Positions 11,480 to 24,500 of a stretch of DNA of 63,048 nt are shown here, one piece after another. The first letter of the stretch is position 1. Each line of letters starts with the position of its first letter. Source of the DNA: Proteromonas lacertae (Eukaryota). Made by a program: the position numbers and the translations under genes. The stretch lies in contig NGBS01000913.1 of assembly GCA_002245135.1 (NCBI GenBank), positions 1-63,048 on the forward strand. Direction: 5' to 3'. The notes beneath the pieces are model-generated. The model had not been told where the DNA came from. It worked only from the letters and a program-made list of their open reading frames with translations, and ran no database searches.

Positions 11480-13794
11480 TTTGAGCAGCTGCTCAAATTT
11501 TGAACAGGCTGTTTCTAATAGCGCCATGAATCTCATATTGAAATTTGTCTGACTATTATAAATTATTTTAGCTTTTCTGAATTGTGTGTGGTATTTAGAC
11601 ATCATCAATGTTAATCATTAGAATAATTATAAGAATTTTGTATATAAATTTATTGTACATAATAACTGTACATTGGACCTCCAGTTTTTATTCTAATTAT
11701 TTTGTTATTTCAAGAGAAAAATGAAAAAATATAAATTTAGTCAAGCATTTGGCTTGATTTGAATTTGAAATTTATATATTTTGAGCATTTGTTATGTATA
11801 GCAACATATTTTTAATTTTAATTAAATAGATTTCAACTTTATCATAATTTTCAATTATATATATATCAAAAGTCCATATTCTTCGTATAATTATATATAT
11901 TTTTAATTGGTTTAGATTTAAAGAATTATGAAAAGATTATAGATAGAATAGCATACGACTAAATTTATTATGGAATGGATTGATTCAAAAATATGGAAGA
12001 ATGCGTGATAAGCCAGATAGTAAGGAATATAAATCAAAAATGGTTAAGAAAGAGTCTTACTATATCACTTGAAGAAATAAAGAACATAGTTGCATTGAAA
12101 AATGAGAATATAATCTAAATTTAAGTGATATATTTAAATATGAAATGGATTATACTCAAAGATATATTGAATGTAGTAATAATGGAATACAGGATGTGAA
12201 ATGTAATGGTTGTAATAGGATTTATAGGAATATCTTCTTCAGAAATTGATTCTTTTTATTAATTGATAATTTACACAAATATTTAACATTTATACTTTAA
12301 TTTGTGTATTTAATATGTGTATGTTACTTAATATTAAATTGGCCTATATCAATGAATTTTAGGATTAAATATGCCAATTGTTGAACAAGATTCATTTACT
12401 TTCAACATTCAAAGATTGATAAAGATATAGATGACATGGTTAGCTTGTCGAAGAACTTGAATGTATTTAGAACTGAGTTAGGCAAATGACGTCCTTTTCG
12501 ACTTTTGTCCCTTTCACACGCTCAAAATACCCAGTGTTTTCCTGTAGCTGTCCCTTTTGTCCATTTTGCTTTTTTATTATCTTTTTAGTTTTTCTGTAAT
12601 AAATAGTAAAAATAATCAATCACTAAGCAATATATATCAATATAACACATTATACTCCTGCCCTACTGAAAAATTAACAAATAAATATATTATTTGTCAA
12701 TTTAACTATTTTTTTAATATATTGTAGTTGCATTTAATTGTTTTCACTCATTTTTTATCCCATTTTATATGCTATTCCCTAATCTGTTTCTCTGTTTGTT
12801 ATGTATCAATCCCTGTATAGAAAAACTATGTTCTATTAAGCTTCTAGAGTTTGGGATTGTTTGTATTCTATGAAGCTGCTACGTCTTTTATATGACATGA
12901 TAAAATAAAAAAGCTTGAAAAGAAATCAAGCTTGGATTTATTTCAAAGTTTAATATTTCGTGTTATGATTAAGTATTGTTTCTTTTTATGTTCATATGTT
13001 TGTAATGTTGTAAATTCGTATGTATAAATCTAAAAATTAATTACTGTTTCTTTGAAATACTGTGAATTAATGAATATTAAAATTTAGCTAAATTTAATCA
13101 GTTTATTTTACTGTATATATTCAAATTAGTTATAAGTAGTTTATTAATTTACATTATATTCAGATTATGTCAATTTGTTTGATATTTCTATTATGAAGTG
13201 ACGCTATTTATGTAAATGAACAATACATTTATAAGTATGTTATTTAGATAGATTTAATGCATAAAATTTACATAATATTTTGATTAATAGAAATGAACAT
13301 AGGTATATTTGTTCTTAAACAGGTTAATATGTCTTATAAACAATAGGATATATAATATATGTAGTATTTATGATAAACAAATATTGAATAAAGGGACACA
13401 AAAGGAATACTGTCCTTCTTGAAAAAAACATGTTCGATTTCCTTACAGGCTAGACGAGAGAAGAAAGGACAGAAAGGAGGATATGGCTCCAGAAGGATGT
13501 CCTTTCTGCAACTCATATATCACTATATCAACATACATTATATCACATCACTCAATAATATAGAATTAATAATAACAATATAATAGAAATTATTGACAAA
13601 ATTATTGAAAGTGTAATCTAGTATTTCAAGTATGAACTAGTACTTTTTTATGTTTAAAAATATTTAATCGTTTCATATTTTGTGGCATTATAATTTATAA
13701 TCTATTTTCTATATCATACTTGAAAATAAATAATACATGAACATAATAACTATTGATGCCAATGATTTTGTATCAGTTCCTACTAATGATAGTA
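11480..13794. repeat. Left arm of 2315-bp inverted repeat
   Basis: Reverse complement of 15948-18262; coordinates sum to 29742 at both ends and at mirrored ORFs 13334-13516 / 16226-16408. Confidence 0.95.
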
Positions 13795-15758
13795 GACATA
13801 CAATAGTCGATCGAAGAAAAAAGGAGTTATATAAACAATGTCAAAAATACCCTCCTTTGGATTCTTTTTATAGCATTAATGAATCAATATTTCAGAAGAA
13901 ATTTAAGTCAATTGGTGATTTATACTTTTTAGTCTATGTATATGCTACACAATATGACTTTGAAGTAGTAGTTACTCATGGCAAAAATGTTAGCAAGGAA
14001 AAGACATTAAAATTTACTTGTAGTAAAGGAATGTGTCATTTTTATATCAAAGCAAAATATACTGATTATCAAGTTCATGTCAAATTTAATCCACATTCCC
14101 ATCAGCTGAATATGGTAAGTAAAAAGATAATTAGTGTTATGACGGATGATATTTTGAATGAAGTGCATTGTATGGTTATGCAGACAAGAAACACATCTAA
14201 AGAAATTATTAATGTTATAAAAAATAATTATAATATTTCAACTCGTGTTATAAAACAGATAGATTGTGAAGTAAATAAACTACGTCAAATGTTACGAGAT
14301 GAAAATTCTGGTAGATACAAATTCTATGAAAGTATAAAATCAAAGTATACATATTTCGAAAATTCTCACTGTACTCTTGTCATTTTAGACAAAATAAGGT
14401 TAAGTAAGTATAGTACATTGTGTTGTGATGGTACTTTTTCTATTTTTCTTGGTCATGAACAGCTATATGTTATATACTCTCAAGTCAGTCCTTCTTTATT
14501 AATTATAGTAGCTTTCGCAATTACTCAAAATAAAACCAGTGATACATACAAATTTATATTTAAGAATTTAAATCAATATTACAATATAAAGGCAGTTATT
14601 CACGACAAAGAGATGGCTGTTGTCAAAGCTCTAAAGGAATTAAATATTAAGTTTGTATTCGACACCTTTCATCTTCTTATGTGTGTAAAAGATAAGTTGC
14701 TTAAACATTTATTATATCAATACATTAAAGATCCTAGTTCAATAAATATTAATGACTTAGATGAAAAATACAAAATCTATTTTAATAGGGATGGAATAAC
14801 TAATTTTGGTATTTATGGATGTCATAGTAGTTCAGCAGTTGAATCTTTAAATCACAAAATCAAAAACGATTTGAAATATAGGAAATCACGCTATGATAAT
14901 GTATTGACAGTACTAGAAAAACTTCATCAACAACAATTTGATAAAATACAATCAATTGCTTCTATAGAGAATGATAATAATTTATTATACCAAAATTTAT
15001 TGTGGGAGGAGTGTAGTAGAAATATTTATAGAGAATTTGAGAGAGTGTATGAAGATAACTATTCTAGCACATTTGATGAAGAATCTAATTCATATTATAT
15101 TAACAATGAGTACAAAATTACAATGAATAATACAAATATCCAGTGTAGTTGTTTTTTACATAACTTTAGTGGAGTACCATGTTCTCACATACTCTATATA
15201 ATAATAAGATATGGATTAAACTTTGAAATTATTCATTTAATATCAAATGAATGTTTCAAAAGATATTTTCAATCAACCATTCCTATAACAGATTACTATT
15301 TAGATTATGTTTATCCTGTTGATATAGAGATTATAAATAATACTATTCCTAGTGATGATGTAGATACTGATAATATTAATATTCCTATTAATGATAATGA
15401 GTTGGATAAAACAGATATTGAAATATTACAGAAAATAATTAGTAATATATACAAAGCTGGCATGTTAAATGATATAGATGACACTGTTGAAGAAATATAT
15501 CAACAAATTAAAAAACCACTTACCCAAAATCTTTATCACACTATATCTGAAAATGACTTTAACAGTTTCATTAATAAGGATTATACGAATATAAAACAAG
15601 AATCAGCAGTAACAATATTATCAATTATCTATTTATTAATAAGTAAAATCAAAAAAGGATACATAATAATTGATAAGGATGCTGTACTAAACTACATTAA
15701 TAATGAAGTGAAGAAGAGAAAAATAGTAATGGAAAAAAGACACAAAACATCATACTAA
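13737..15758 (+). CDS. MULE DDE transposase with N-terminal FAR1/WRKY-like and C-terminal SWIM zinc fingers, 673 aa
   Basis: LCCDGTF (D), VIHDKE (D), FDTFH (DxxH), SAVESLNHKIK (E), CSC..GVPCSH (SWIM). Confidence 0.93.
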   Translation: MNIITIDANDFVSVPTNDSRHTIVDRRKKELYKQCQKYPPLDSFYSINESIFQKKFKSIGDLYFLVYVYATQYDFEVVVTHGKNVSKEKTLKFTCSKGMCHFYIKAKYTDYQVHVKFNPHSHQLNMVSKKIISVMTDDILNEVHCMVMQTRNTSKEIINVIKNNYNISTRVIKQIDCEVNKLRQMLRDENSGRYKFYESIKSKYTYFENSHCTLVILDKIRLSKYSTLCCDGTFSIFLGHEQLYVIYSQVSPSLLIIVAFAITQNKTSDTYKFIFKNLNQYYNIKAVIHDKEMAVVKALKELNIKFVFDTFHLLMCVKDKLLKHLLYQYIKDPSSININDLDEKYKIYFNRDGITNFGIYGCHSSSAVESLNHKIKNDLKYRKSRYDNVLTVLEKLHQQQFDKIQSIASIENDNNLLYQNLLWEECSRNIYREFERVYEDNYSSTFDEESNSYYINNEYKITMNNTNIQCSCFLHNFSGVPCSHILYIIIRYGLNFEIIHLISNECFKRYFQSTIPITDYYLDYVYPVDIEIINNTIPSDDVDTDNINIPINDNELDKTDIEILQKIISNIYKAGMLNDIDDTVEEIYQQIKKPLTQNLYHTISENDFNSFINKDYTNIKQESAVTILSIIYLLISKIKKGYIIIDKDAVLNYINNEVKKRKIVMEKRHKTSY

Positions 15759-15875
15759 TGATAATATTATAACTTTTTTGAATTAAGATATTCTTATTGG
15801 AATTTATATTCTTTGTGATAGTTGGATAAACAACTACAGCAATTGTTAAATGTTATTTACGATGATCATCAGAAA

Positions 15876-15893
15876 AACCCTAACCCTAACCCT
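15876..15893 (-). repeat. Telomere-like tract (AACCCT)3, TTAGGG type
   Basis: aaccctaaccctaaccct on the + strand. Confidence 0.7.
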
Positions 15894-15947
15894 TTCTCCT
15901 TCTATTACTTCATCATTTATTCCATCTTCTATTATTTCATCTTCTAT

Positions 15948-18262
15948 TACTATCATTAGTAGGAACTGATACAAAATCATTGGCATCAATAGTTATTATG
16001 TTCATGTATTATTTATTTTCAAGTATGATATAGAAAATAGATTATAAATTATAATGCCACAAAATATGAAACGATTAAATATTTTTAAACATAAAAAAGT
16101 ACTAGTTCATACTTGAAATACTAGATTACACTTTCAATAATTTTGTCAATAATTTCTATTATATTGTTATTATTAATTCTATATTATTGAGTGATGTGAT
16201 ATAATGTATGTTGATATAGTGATATATGAGTTGCAGAAAGGACATCCTTCTGGAGCCATATCCTCCTTTCTGTCCTTTCTTCTCTCGTCTAGCCTGTAAG
16301 GAAATCGAACATGTTTTTTTCAAGAAGGACAGTATTCCTTTTGTGTCCCTTTATTCAATATTTGTTTATCATAAATACTACATATATTATATATCCTATT
16401 GTTTATAAGACATATTAACCTGTTTAAGAACAAATATACCTATGTTCATTTCTATTAATCAAAATATTATGTAAATTTTATGCATTAAATCTATCTAAAT
16501 AACATACTTATAAATGTATTGTTCATTTACATAAATAGCGTCACTTCATAATAGAAATATCAAACAAATTGACATAATCTGAATATAATGTAAATTAATA
16601 AACTACTTATAACTAATTTGAATATATACAGTAAAATAAACTGATTAAATTTAGCTAAATTTTAATATTCATTAATTCACAGTATTTCAAAGAAACAGTA
16701 ATTAATTTTTAGATTTATACATACGAATTTACAACATTACAAACATATGAACATAAAAAGAAACAATACTTAATCATAACACGAAATATTAAACTTTGAA
16801 ATAAATCCAAGCTTGATTTCTTTTCAAGCTTTTTTATTTTATCATGTCATATAAAAGACGTAGCAGCTTCATAGAATACAAACAATCCCAAACTCTAGAA
16901 GCTTAATAGAACATAGTTTTTCTATACAGGGATTGATACATAACAAACAGAGAAACAGATTAGGGAATAGCATATAAAATGGGATAAAAAATGAGTGAAA
17001 ACAATTAAATGCAACTACAATATATTAAAAAAATAGTTAAATTGACAAATAATATATTTATTTGTTAATTTTTCAGTAGGGCAGGAGTATAATGTGTTAT
17101 ATTGATATATATTGCTTAGTGATTGATTATTTTTACTATTTATTACAGAAAAACTAAAAAGATAATAAAAAAGCAAAATGGACAAAAGGGACAGCTACAG
17201 GAAAACACTGGGTATTTTGAGCGTGTGAAAGGGACAAAAGTCGAAAAGGACGTCATTTGCCTAACTCAGTTCTAAATACATTCAAGTTCTTCGACAAGCT
17301 AACCATGTCATCTATATCTTTATCAATCTTTGAATGTTGAAAGTAAATGAATCTTGTTCAACAATTGGCATATTTAATCCTAAAATTCATTGATATAGGC
17401 CAATTTAATATTAAGTAACATACACATATTAAATACACAAATTAAAGTATAAATGTTAAATATTTGTGTAAATTATCAATTAATAAAAAGAATCAATTTC
17501 TGAAGAAGATATTCCTATAAATCCTATTACAACCATTACATTTCACATCCTGTATTCCATTATTACTACATTCAATATATCTTTGAGTATAATCCATTTC
17601 ATATTTAAATATATCACTTAAATTTAGATTATATTCTCATTTTTCAATGCAACTATGTTCTTTATTTCTTCAAGTGATATAGTAAGACTCTTTCTTAACC
17701 ATTTTTGATTTATATTCCTTACTATCTGGCTTATCACGCATTCTTCCATATTTTTGAATCAATCCATTCCATAATAAATTTAGTCGTATGCTATTCTATC
17801 TATAATCTTTTCATAATTCTTTAAATCTAAACCAATTAAAAATATATATAATTATACGAAGAATATGGACTTTTGATATATATATAATTGAAAATTATGA
17901 TAAAGTTGAAATCTATTTAATTAAAATTAAAAATATGTTGCTATACATAACAAATGCTCAAAATATATAAATTTCAAATTCAAATCAAGCCAAATGCTTG
18001 ACTAAATTTATATTTTTTCATTTTTCTCTTGAAATAACAAAATAATTAGAATAAAAACTGGAGGTCCAATGTACAGTTATTATGTACAATAAATTTATAT
18101 ACAAAATTCTTATAATTATTCTAATGATTAACATTGATGATGTCTAAATACCACACACAATTCAGAAAAGCTAAAATAATTTATAATAGTCAGACAAATT
18201 TCAATATGAGATTCATGGCGCTATTAGAAACAGCCTGTTCAAAATTTGAGCAGCTGCTCAAA
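15948..18262. repeat. Right arm of 2315-bp inverted repeat
   Basis: Reverse complement of 11480-13794, including the first 19 codons of the transposase. Confidence 0.95.
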
Positions 18263-18391
18263 TAAAAATACCCCTATTATTAGTATACGATTTAGAAAAG
18301 ATTAATGGAAAAAAGATAATTCTTATTAGAGTATCTTCCAATCAACTCCTAAATTTTTACCACAGTATACTGTTTTAAAATCCATATAATT

Positions 18392-18627
18392 ATGGATATT
18401 GTAAATCAAGGCGAACTTATCATTTCACATTTTTATAGGTATATTATTTATAATTGACATTAAATAGAGGTGATTTTACAAGAGCATTAGCAACAGCTTT
18501 CCGAACAACAGTCATTGCTTCAAAAGATACTGGCACGAAGCCTCCAATCACAACAATCAACAATACGACATTTATGTACATTCGTTTAGGTTCTTTGTTC
18601 TTTGTTGCTATCACACGTAACAATGTA
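18392..18627 (+). pseudogene. Truncated tandem copy of the 5' end of the AP-2 mu gene
   Basis: IVNQGELIISHFYR[intron]GDFTRALATAFRTTVIASKD..AITR; 18503-18620 is identical to about 18871-18988. Confidence 0.85.
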
Positions 18628-18729
18628 TTTTCTTGATTATATTTTTCTTAATAAGAGAAGTTCAAAAAAATCTCTACATACTCAAATATACTAGATTCTG
18701 TAGTGAAATTAGATTTTTTTCTATATATA

Positions 18730-20101
18730 ATGATAAGTGCTATATTAATTGTCAATCAAAAAGGTGAATTGGTTATTTCACGTTTCTATAGGTATGATAG
18801 AATAGTTTTTGATCTTCTTTACTCATATTTTATAGAGGTGATGTAACTAGAGCTGCTGCCACAGCATTCAGAACAACAGTCATTGCTTCAAAAGATACTG
18901 GCACGAAGCCTCCAATCACAACAATCAACAATACGACATTTATGTACATTCGTTTAGGTTCTTTGTTCTTTGTTGCTATCACACGTAAGAATGTAAATGC
19001 AAGTATGGTATTCCACTTTTTATTTCATTTGGTTGATATTTTATCTGCTTATTTTGGTAAAAACTTCACAGAAGATGATATTCGTTCACAGTTCACATTA
19101 GTTTACGAAATTTTTGATGAAATATTAGATTATGGCTATCCACAAGCTAGTGGTATTGATATGTTGAAGATGCTGATAAATCTTGGTAATGTGCAAAGTA
19201 CAGAAGCACAACCAGAAGCATCATTAACTGAACAAATTACTGGTTCTATTGATTGGAGAAAAGAAGGTATTTACCATCGTAAGAATGAAGTGTTCATTGA
19301 TGTATTGGAATCAGTTGATTTGCTTATTGTATTAAATTATTTATATATTTGAATTAATAGAGTGCACAAGGAAATATATTACGTCAAGAGGTGAATGGTA
19401 AAGTGATGATGAAATCATTCTTATCAGGTATGCCTGAATGTAAATTTGGATTAAACGATAAACTTCTAATGGAAGGTGATGGTAAGAAATCAAAAGGAAA
19501 GAAGAAAGTTAAAGGTGTAGAAATTGATGATTGTACTTTCCATAAGTGTGTTAAATTATCAACGTTTGATACTGATAGAACAATTACATTTATTCCACCT
19601 GATGGTGAATTTGAACTTATGAAATATCGTGTAACAGAGAATGTAAATGTTCCAATAAAAATACAACCAGTTTATGATGAATCAAGTAAGAGATCAATGA
19701 TTATTAATATTAAAGCAACAGCTGATTTTGATCCAAAATTATTTGCTCAAAATGTCGCAATTCATATTCCTGTTCCTCCAACTACAGCTGTTTGTACTCC
19801 AAAGACAATAGGTGGTCAAGCCAAATACGAACCAGCTGAAAAGGCATGTGTATGGAGATTACGTAAATTCCCAGGTGGTACTGAATATACACTAACAATT
19901 GAAGTTCAATTAGTTGGATCTGCTGTAGATAGACCTTGGACATCAAGAGCTCCAATTAGTTTAGAATTCCAAGCACCTATGTTCACTTCATCTGGTTTAT
20001 ATGTCAGATTCTTGAAAGTATATGAGAAATCATCTTATCAAACTACTAAATGGGTTCGATATTTAACAAGAGCTGGTGAATATCAAATGCGTATTGTATA
20101 A
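18730..20101 (+). CDS. AP2M1: AP-2 complex subunit mu (3 exons)
   Basis: MISAILIVNQKGELVISRFYR, DEILDYGYPQ, FLSGMPECKFGLND, FIPPDGEFELMKY, KWVRYLTRAG. Confidence 0.92.
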
Positions 20102-20226
20102 AAAATTGAATTACTTTTTATCTAAAAAGAAATGTATAATTAGTTTTACCATTTTATGAATTATTTTACTTATTTCTGTTATTTTTATGTTTTTATTTTA
20201 ACTGTTTGACAGTAAAAAATATTGTT

Positions 20227-20328
20227 AAAATGAAAAAAGAAATTTGGCTATTATTTCTTTGTTAATGCAACAAGAAAATACAAACATTCTGGAGATTATT
20301 TTGACTGTCTCTTTTGAAAAGAAAGATG
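20227..20328 (+). repeat. About 100-bp dispersed direct repeat, copy 2
   Basis: Matches 9711-9809. Confidence 0.85.
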
Positions 20329-20409
20329 AACAATTAATATACAAATATATATTATATAAATTTATAATCTAATGTAAAATAATATGAAAAACAACAAATT
20401 AATGAAATC

Positions 20410-21377
20410 TCATTTGTATAAAGGATCATAGTGAGAAGGTCTATACAAAAGTGAAAATATTTGTTCTTTTCCATCTTCACTATCGGGAAAATCGTAATGA
20501 TGTAAAGTTTTATCTTTTGACTGGTCTAAATACTCTATTCTAATTTTTACATTGAATATAATAGGTAATAATAATATAGACATTTCATCACTCTCCTATT
20601 GTAATTATATAGAAAAATTTGTTTAAAATACTGTGTTCATTACTTCAATTACTTTCTTTCTATAATCTTCCACAGTCACTATATTAACAATAATATAAAC
20701 AATATATACTATTAGCAGTAATTGCTATTCTTTCTTCATATTCTTTTGAATTTTCATTTAAATATGCTGAAATTATTAACCTCATAAAATAAACTATTGA
20801 AGTGTCATATTCTTCATATTTCATTGTAATAATATCAAAACTGTTTTCTGATCTTAATCTACTAATAATGTCTTCAAAATCTGATAAAAAATCTGCAAAT
20901 ATAAAACTAGAAAAAACATAAAAATATAATTGAATTAATATACTCTTTTAATCCCATTTCTATTAGTTGTTCTTGTGTATGAGATATTAATTTTTTAAGA
21001 TTCTCTATTAATGAATCATCTTTTTTCTCATGGTATTTATTAAATGCACATTCAAGATAAGAATAAATAAATGATCTTATATAACAATTACCATCAGGTT
21101 TACTTTTTCGATATGAAGAGTATATTTCAACTAATTTCTAAATATCATATTCATAACATTCCAATACATCAATTAGAGGAATAAATCCGGAATCAGATGC
21201 AAATTCAGAATATAAATGTTCTAACTCATTTTATATATGTTTTTTATACTGATAGGAAGTTTTTCTGTAAATACTTCTGAATCTGAGTTTATGGAATCTA
21301 CGACACCATCCATTTGCTTAACTATTTCTTCATCCGTAGGATCTAGTCACATCATTAATATATTTTATACACTCCAT
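20410..21377 (-). CDS. Otubain-family deubiquitinase (peptidase C65), multi-exon, absent from the ORF track
   Basis: Manual translation: YRKVKPDGNCYIRSFIYSY (catalytic Cys) and LLYRPSHYDPLYK* (catalytic His); ATG at 21377. Confidence 0.9.
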
Positions 21378-21502
21378 ATTTTAGCAGAAAAGAATTTTAA
21401 AAATGATGAATCTTCAAGATTCCAAACTTTTCGCAACCCCGATTTCAAAAAAATAAAAATAATTAATTAATGATATGTCTATATGAATATTTATAGTTAC
21501 AT

Positions 21503-24500
21503 TTAGTCTTGTACATTTCCTTCCGATCCAGAACTGGAATAAGATCCAGATTCAGAACCTGTGTCAGATCCTGTCTCTGAGCCAGTTTCAGAAGCAGATC
21601 TAGAATGAGAAGCAGATCCTGAATTTGGTGGTGATTTATTAACTTGTTTAACATTTTCTTCTTCTGCTTGATCTGGAACTGATAGAGAAGGATTTACATC
21701 TATTGGATCTGAAATACCTTCTTTAAACTCCTCTTTTTGCTGTTCAGGCAAATCTTGTGAATTTACTTCTTCTTCTTGCTTTTCCTGTGGTTTAGGTATA
21801 TCAGGTTGATCTTCCTCTTTTTCTAAAGCAGGCGGTGTAGGTTCAGTATTCTCTTCTCCTTCTTTCTTCATTTCTTCATTTCCTTCTTTTTTACTACCAT
21901 TATCATCTCCTTTATTACTATTTTCTTCACTATCTGGTGAAAACTTTGGCATTTTTCTTACAATTGCAGAATCACTTTCAGCATGTGGCATATCAAAGAT
22001 ATAACTCTTTCCTTTCACTAAAGAAGCAGCAGGAGAAGCTTCTTCATCCACACTATCACTTTCAATAATGTCAACATCTAATGAGATTGGATTATCAGCC
22101 ATACTATTCTCTCTTTTATATCTTGCTACAAATGGTTCACTCTGAGGCTTCTGTAAACTACCTAATGACCTTCTTTCATTTGGTCTTCCTTCACTATCAG
22201 CAAACTTTCTAAAACCAGGTAAACTACCTCTACTTATCTTTGTAGTGGATGAATTTCCACCATCCATACTAAATCCATCAACTGATTCTGTGTCAGTGTA
22301 AACAAACACATCTTGGCTGACATTGATTGTAGATGATATTTCACTTTCTACACCATAATAATAAGCTTCAGTTGGATTAACAAATCCTTCTTCACCAATA
22401 ATACTGACTTGAGCCATTGCAAATTCAGGTGTTGATTCATATGGTGCATAGAATGGTTTGATGTAAGGCAGTACTGGTTTTTCACCCCAAGGTGGAACTA
22501 CTATTTCATCTTCAGCTTGATCTGGGCTTGTGTAGAAATGCTGTTCTAAGAGATTGTATAATCTAATATATTGATCATATAACTCAATTGTTGTGATTTT
22601 TAAATATTTCAACTATTCAAATAATAATATATATATATATATATATACTTTACTAAATATATCTCCTTCACTAATTTCTTTGTATGTAATATATGGATAA
22701 ACAGGAGGATTAATCACATATCCAGTGTCATTCATAAAGAATGATTCATATTCATATCTATAAGGATTATTTCTTGCCATTCTATTATGATATTTATATA
22801 ATGTTGTTGATGCTTGAACAAGTGGTAAAAATATCTTATCAGGTTCAATTGGACATTTCAATAAGTTTAATTCCATATATCCAATCTTTTGATCATAATC
22901 ACAAAACACCAATTTTAACATTTTCTTTTTTGATTTCTTTTGTGTATGAATCTCAGTATTCCATAAAAATACTTTATTTAAAGGTCTTACTGATTTAGAA
23001 TCCATCAAATAAAAACAATAACTTTCAGCTAATGAATTTATATTTATACCACTGTTGTAATTCACTTTTGGATCATCAAATTTTGTTAATGTAATGAAAT
23101 AATCTTTCTTTGAAGAACCAAATTTACCTGTTGACTTTGCATGATTAAGATCTTCTTGGAATGTCAATTGGAATTGAGCTGATTTGGATGTTGCTGGCTG
23201 AATCTTGTCATTTGGCGGTTGACTACCATATGTTAATCTGTCAGCTAATATTTGAATAACTCTTGTAACTACATCTGGATCAGTGCAATTCTTTAAAATT
23301 AATAATAAATCAGAATTCTTTAAATAATGTTCAATAAATGGATTTATATCACTATAATAATAATAATAATATAAATATAAATATACCCTTGTATTCTTAC
23401 AATATTACAAATTATTTGATGTGCTAATGACGAAATAGGTAATTCCAAATGTAATAAATTGATGATTATACTGACAAAATTGTCAAAATTATGATATATC
23501 TTTAACAAATTCCATGAATCGATTGTTAGTAGATTCAATATACTTAGGATGATTGTACAACATTCTACTTCTTCATCACTTCTTATTTCCTTATTGAAAT
23601 AATTATTGAAATACTCTAAGATTGATTTGGTTATATTTGGATAATCCTCCACTATCATAACATCAACAGTTTCTCGTTTTAACAATTTGTAAAGTATTGT
23701 CAATATTCTTTTACTGTGCTATATTTAATAAATATAATTAATAAATATATACCACTATATCTATCGTAGAAATTGAACTATAAATTGGTTCTAAAGTCTT
23801 TAGTATATTTGCCTGCATAAACAACTGTATATGATATGGTGTATTAATTAATCTAGAAAATAGTCTAATATAACCTCCAAGAGATCTACTCTTATGACTT
23901 ATTAAACAAATATTAAAATTATTAATCAAATCGTAGACTATACATTCATCATCAATCAACATAAACACAATTGTTAGCTTTTCATCAGCTTCTAATATTT
24001 CATCTAATATACTACATAATAACACTGTTAAATCTTCATTCATATTTTCACAATGTGATAAATATGATGCAATATCTTCAAAACAAAAACTACGACAGTA
24101 TTCAGGGAAGTGCTTTGGTCTATCTTTCTTAAATGCAGTACAAACTGAATTGATTAAATCTGCAATTTCTATTCTTATATTATCTTCTAAAATATTGAAT
24201 TTTTCATCATTATTCACTAAAGCACCTATTAGATATTGGAATGGTGATAATTTATCTTTTTTATTGATTCTATTAATAACTTTACACTTTTGATTAGATG
24301 TTTTGTGTGTTGATGAATTTAGTCTGGCTGTTTCGTTGGAACTTGTTGGAGATTTTAACTCATTTCTGTTGATACTTTTAATAAATTCATCATCTTTTTC
24401 ATGTTCTTCTTCTTCTTTTGGTTTTTCTTCTTTATCCCCTTCTTCTTTAACTTCTTCTTCTTCTTTTGGCTTTTCTTCTTTTTCTCCTTTTTCTTCTTTC

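Larger units (their letters stand above)
12481..17261 (+). mobile_element. Mutator-like (MULE) DNA transposon; probable termini GGCAAATGAC..GTCATTTGCC
   Basis: Intact MULE transposase between mirrored arms; abrupt GC-richer terminal block with repeated GTCC(C/T)TT motifs starting at 12481; no direct TSD seen. Confidence 0.72.

Noticed and set aside
11354..11608. 84-aa minus-strand ORF crossing the palindrome edge
   Set aside because: No recognisable motif; used only as a hint of which arm is original
13334..13516. 60-aa ORF and its mirror at 16226-16408
   Set aside because: Lies in the inverted-repeat arm over the GTCC motif cluster; no protein features; duplication is explained by the repeat
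11471..18271. Target-site duplication for the MULE or the large palindrome
   Set aside because: Flanks at both candidate end pairs are not direct repeats
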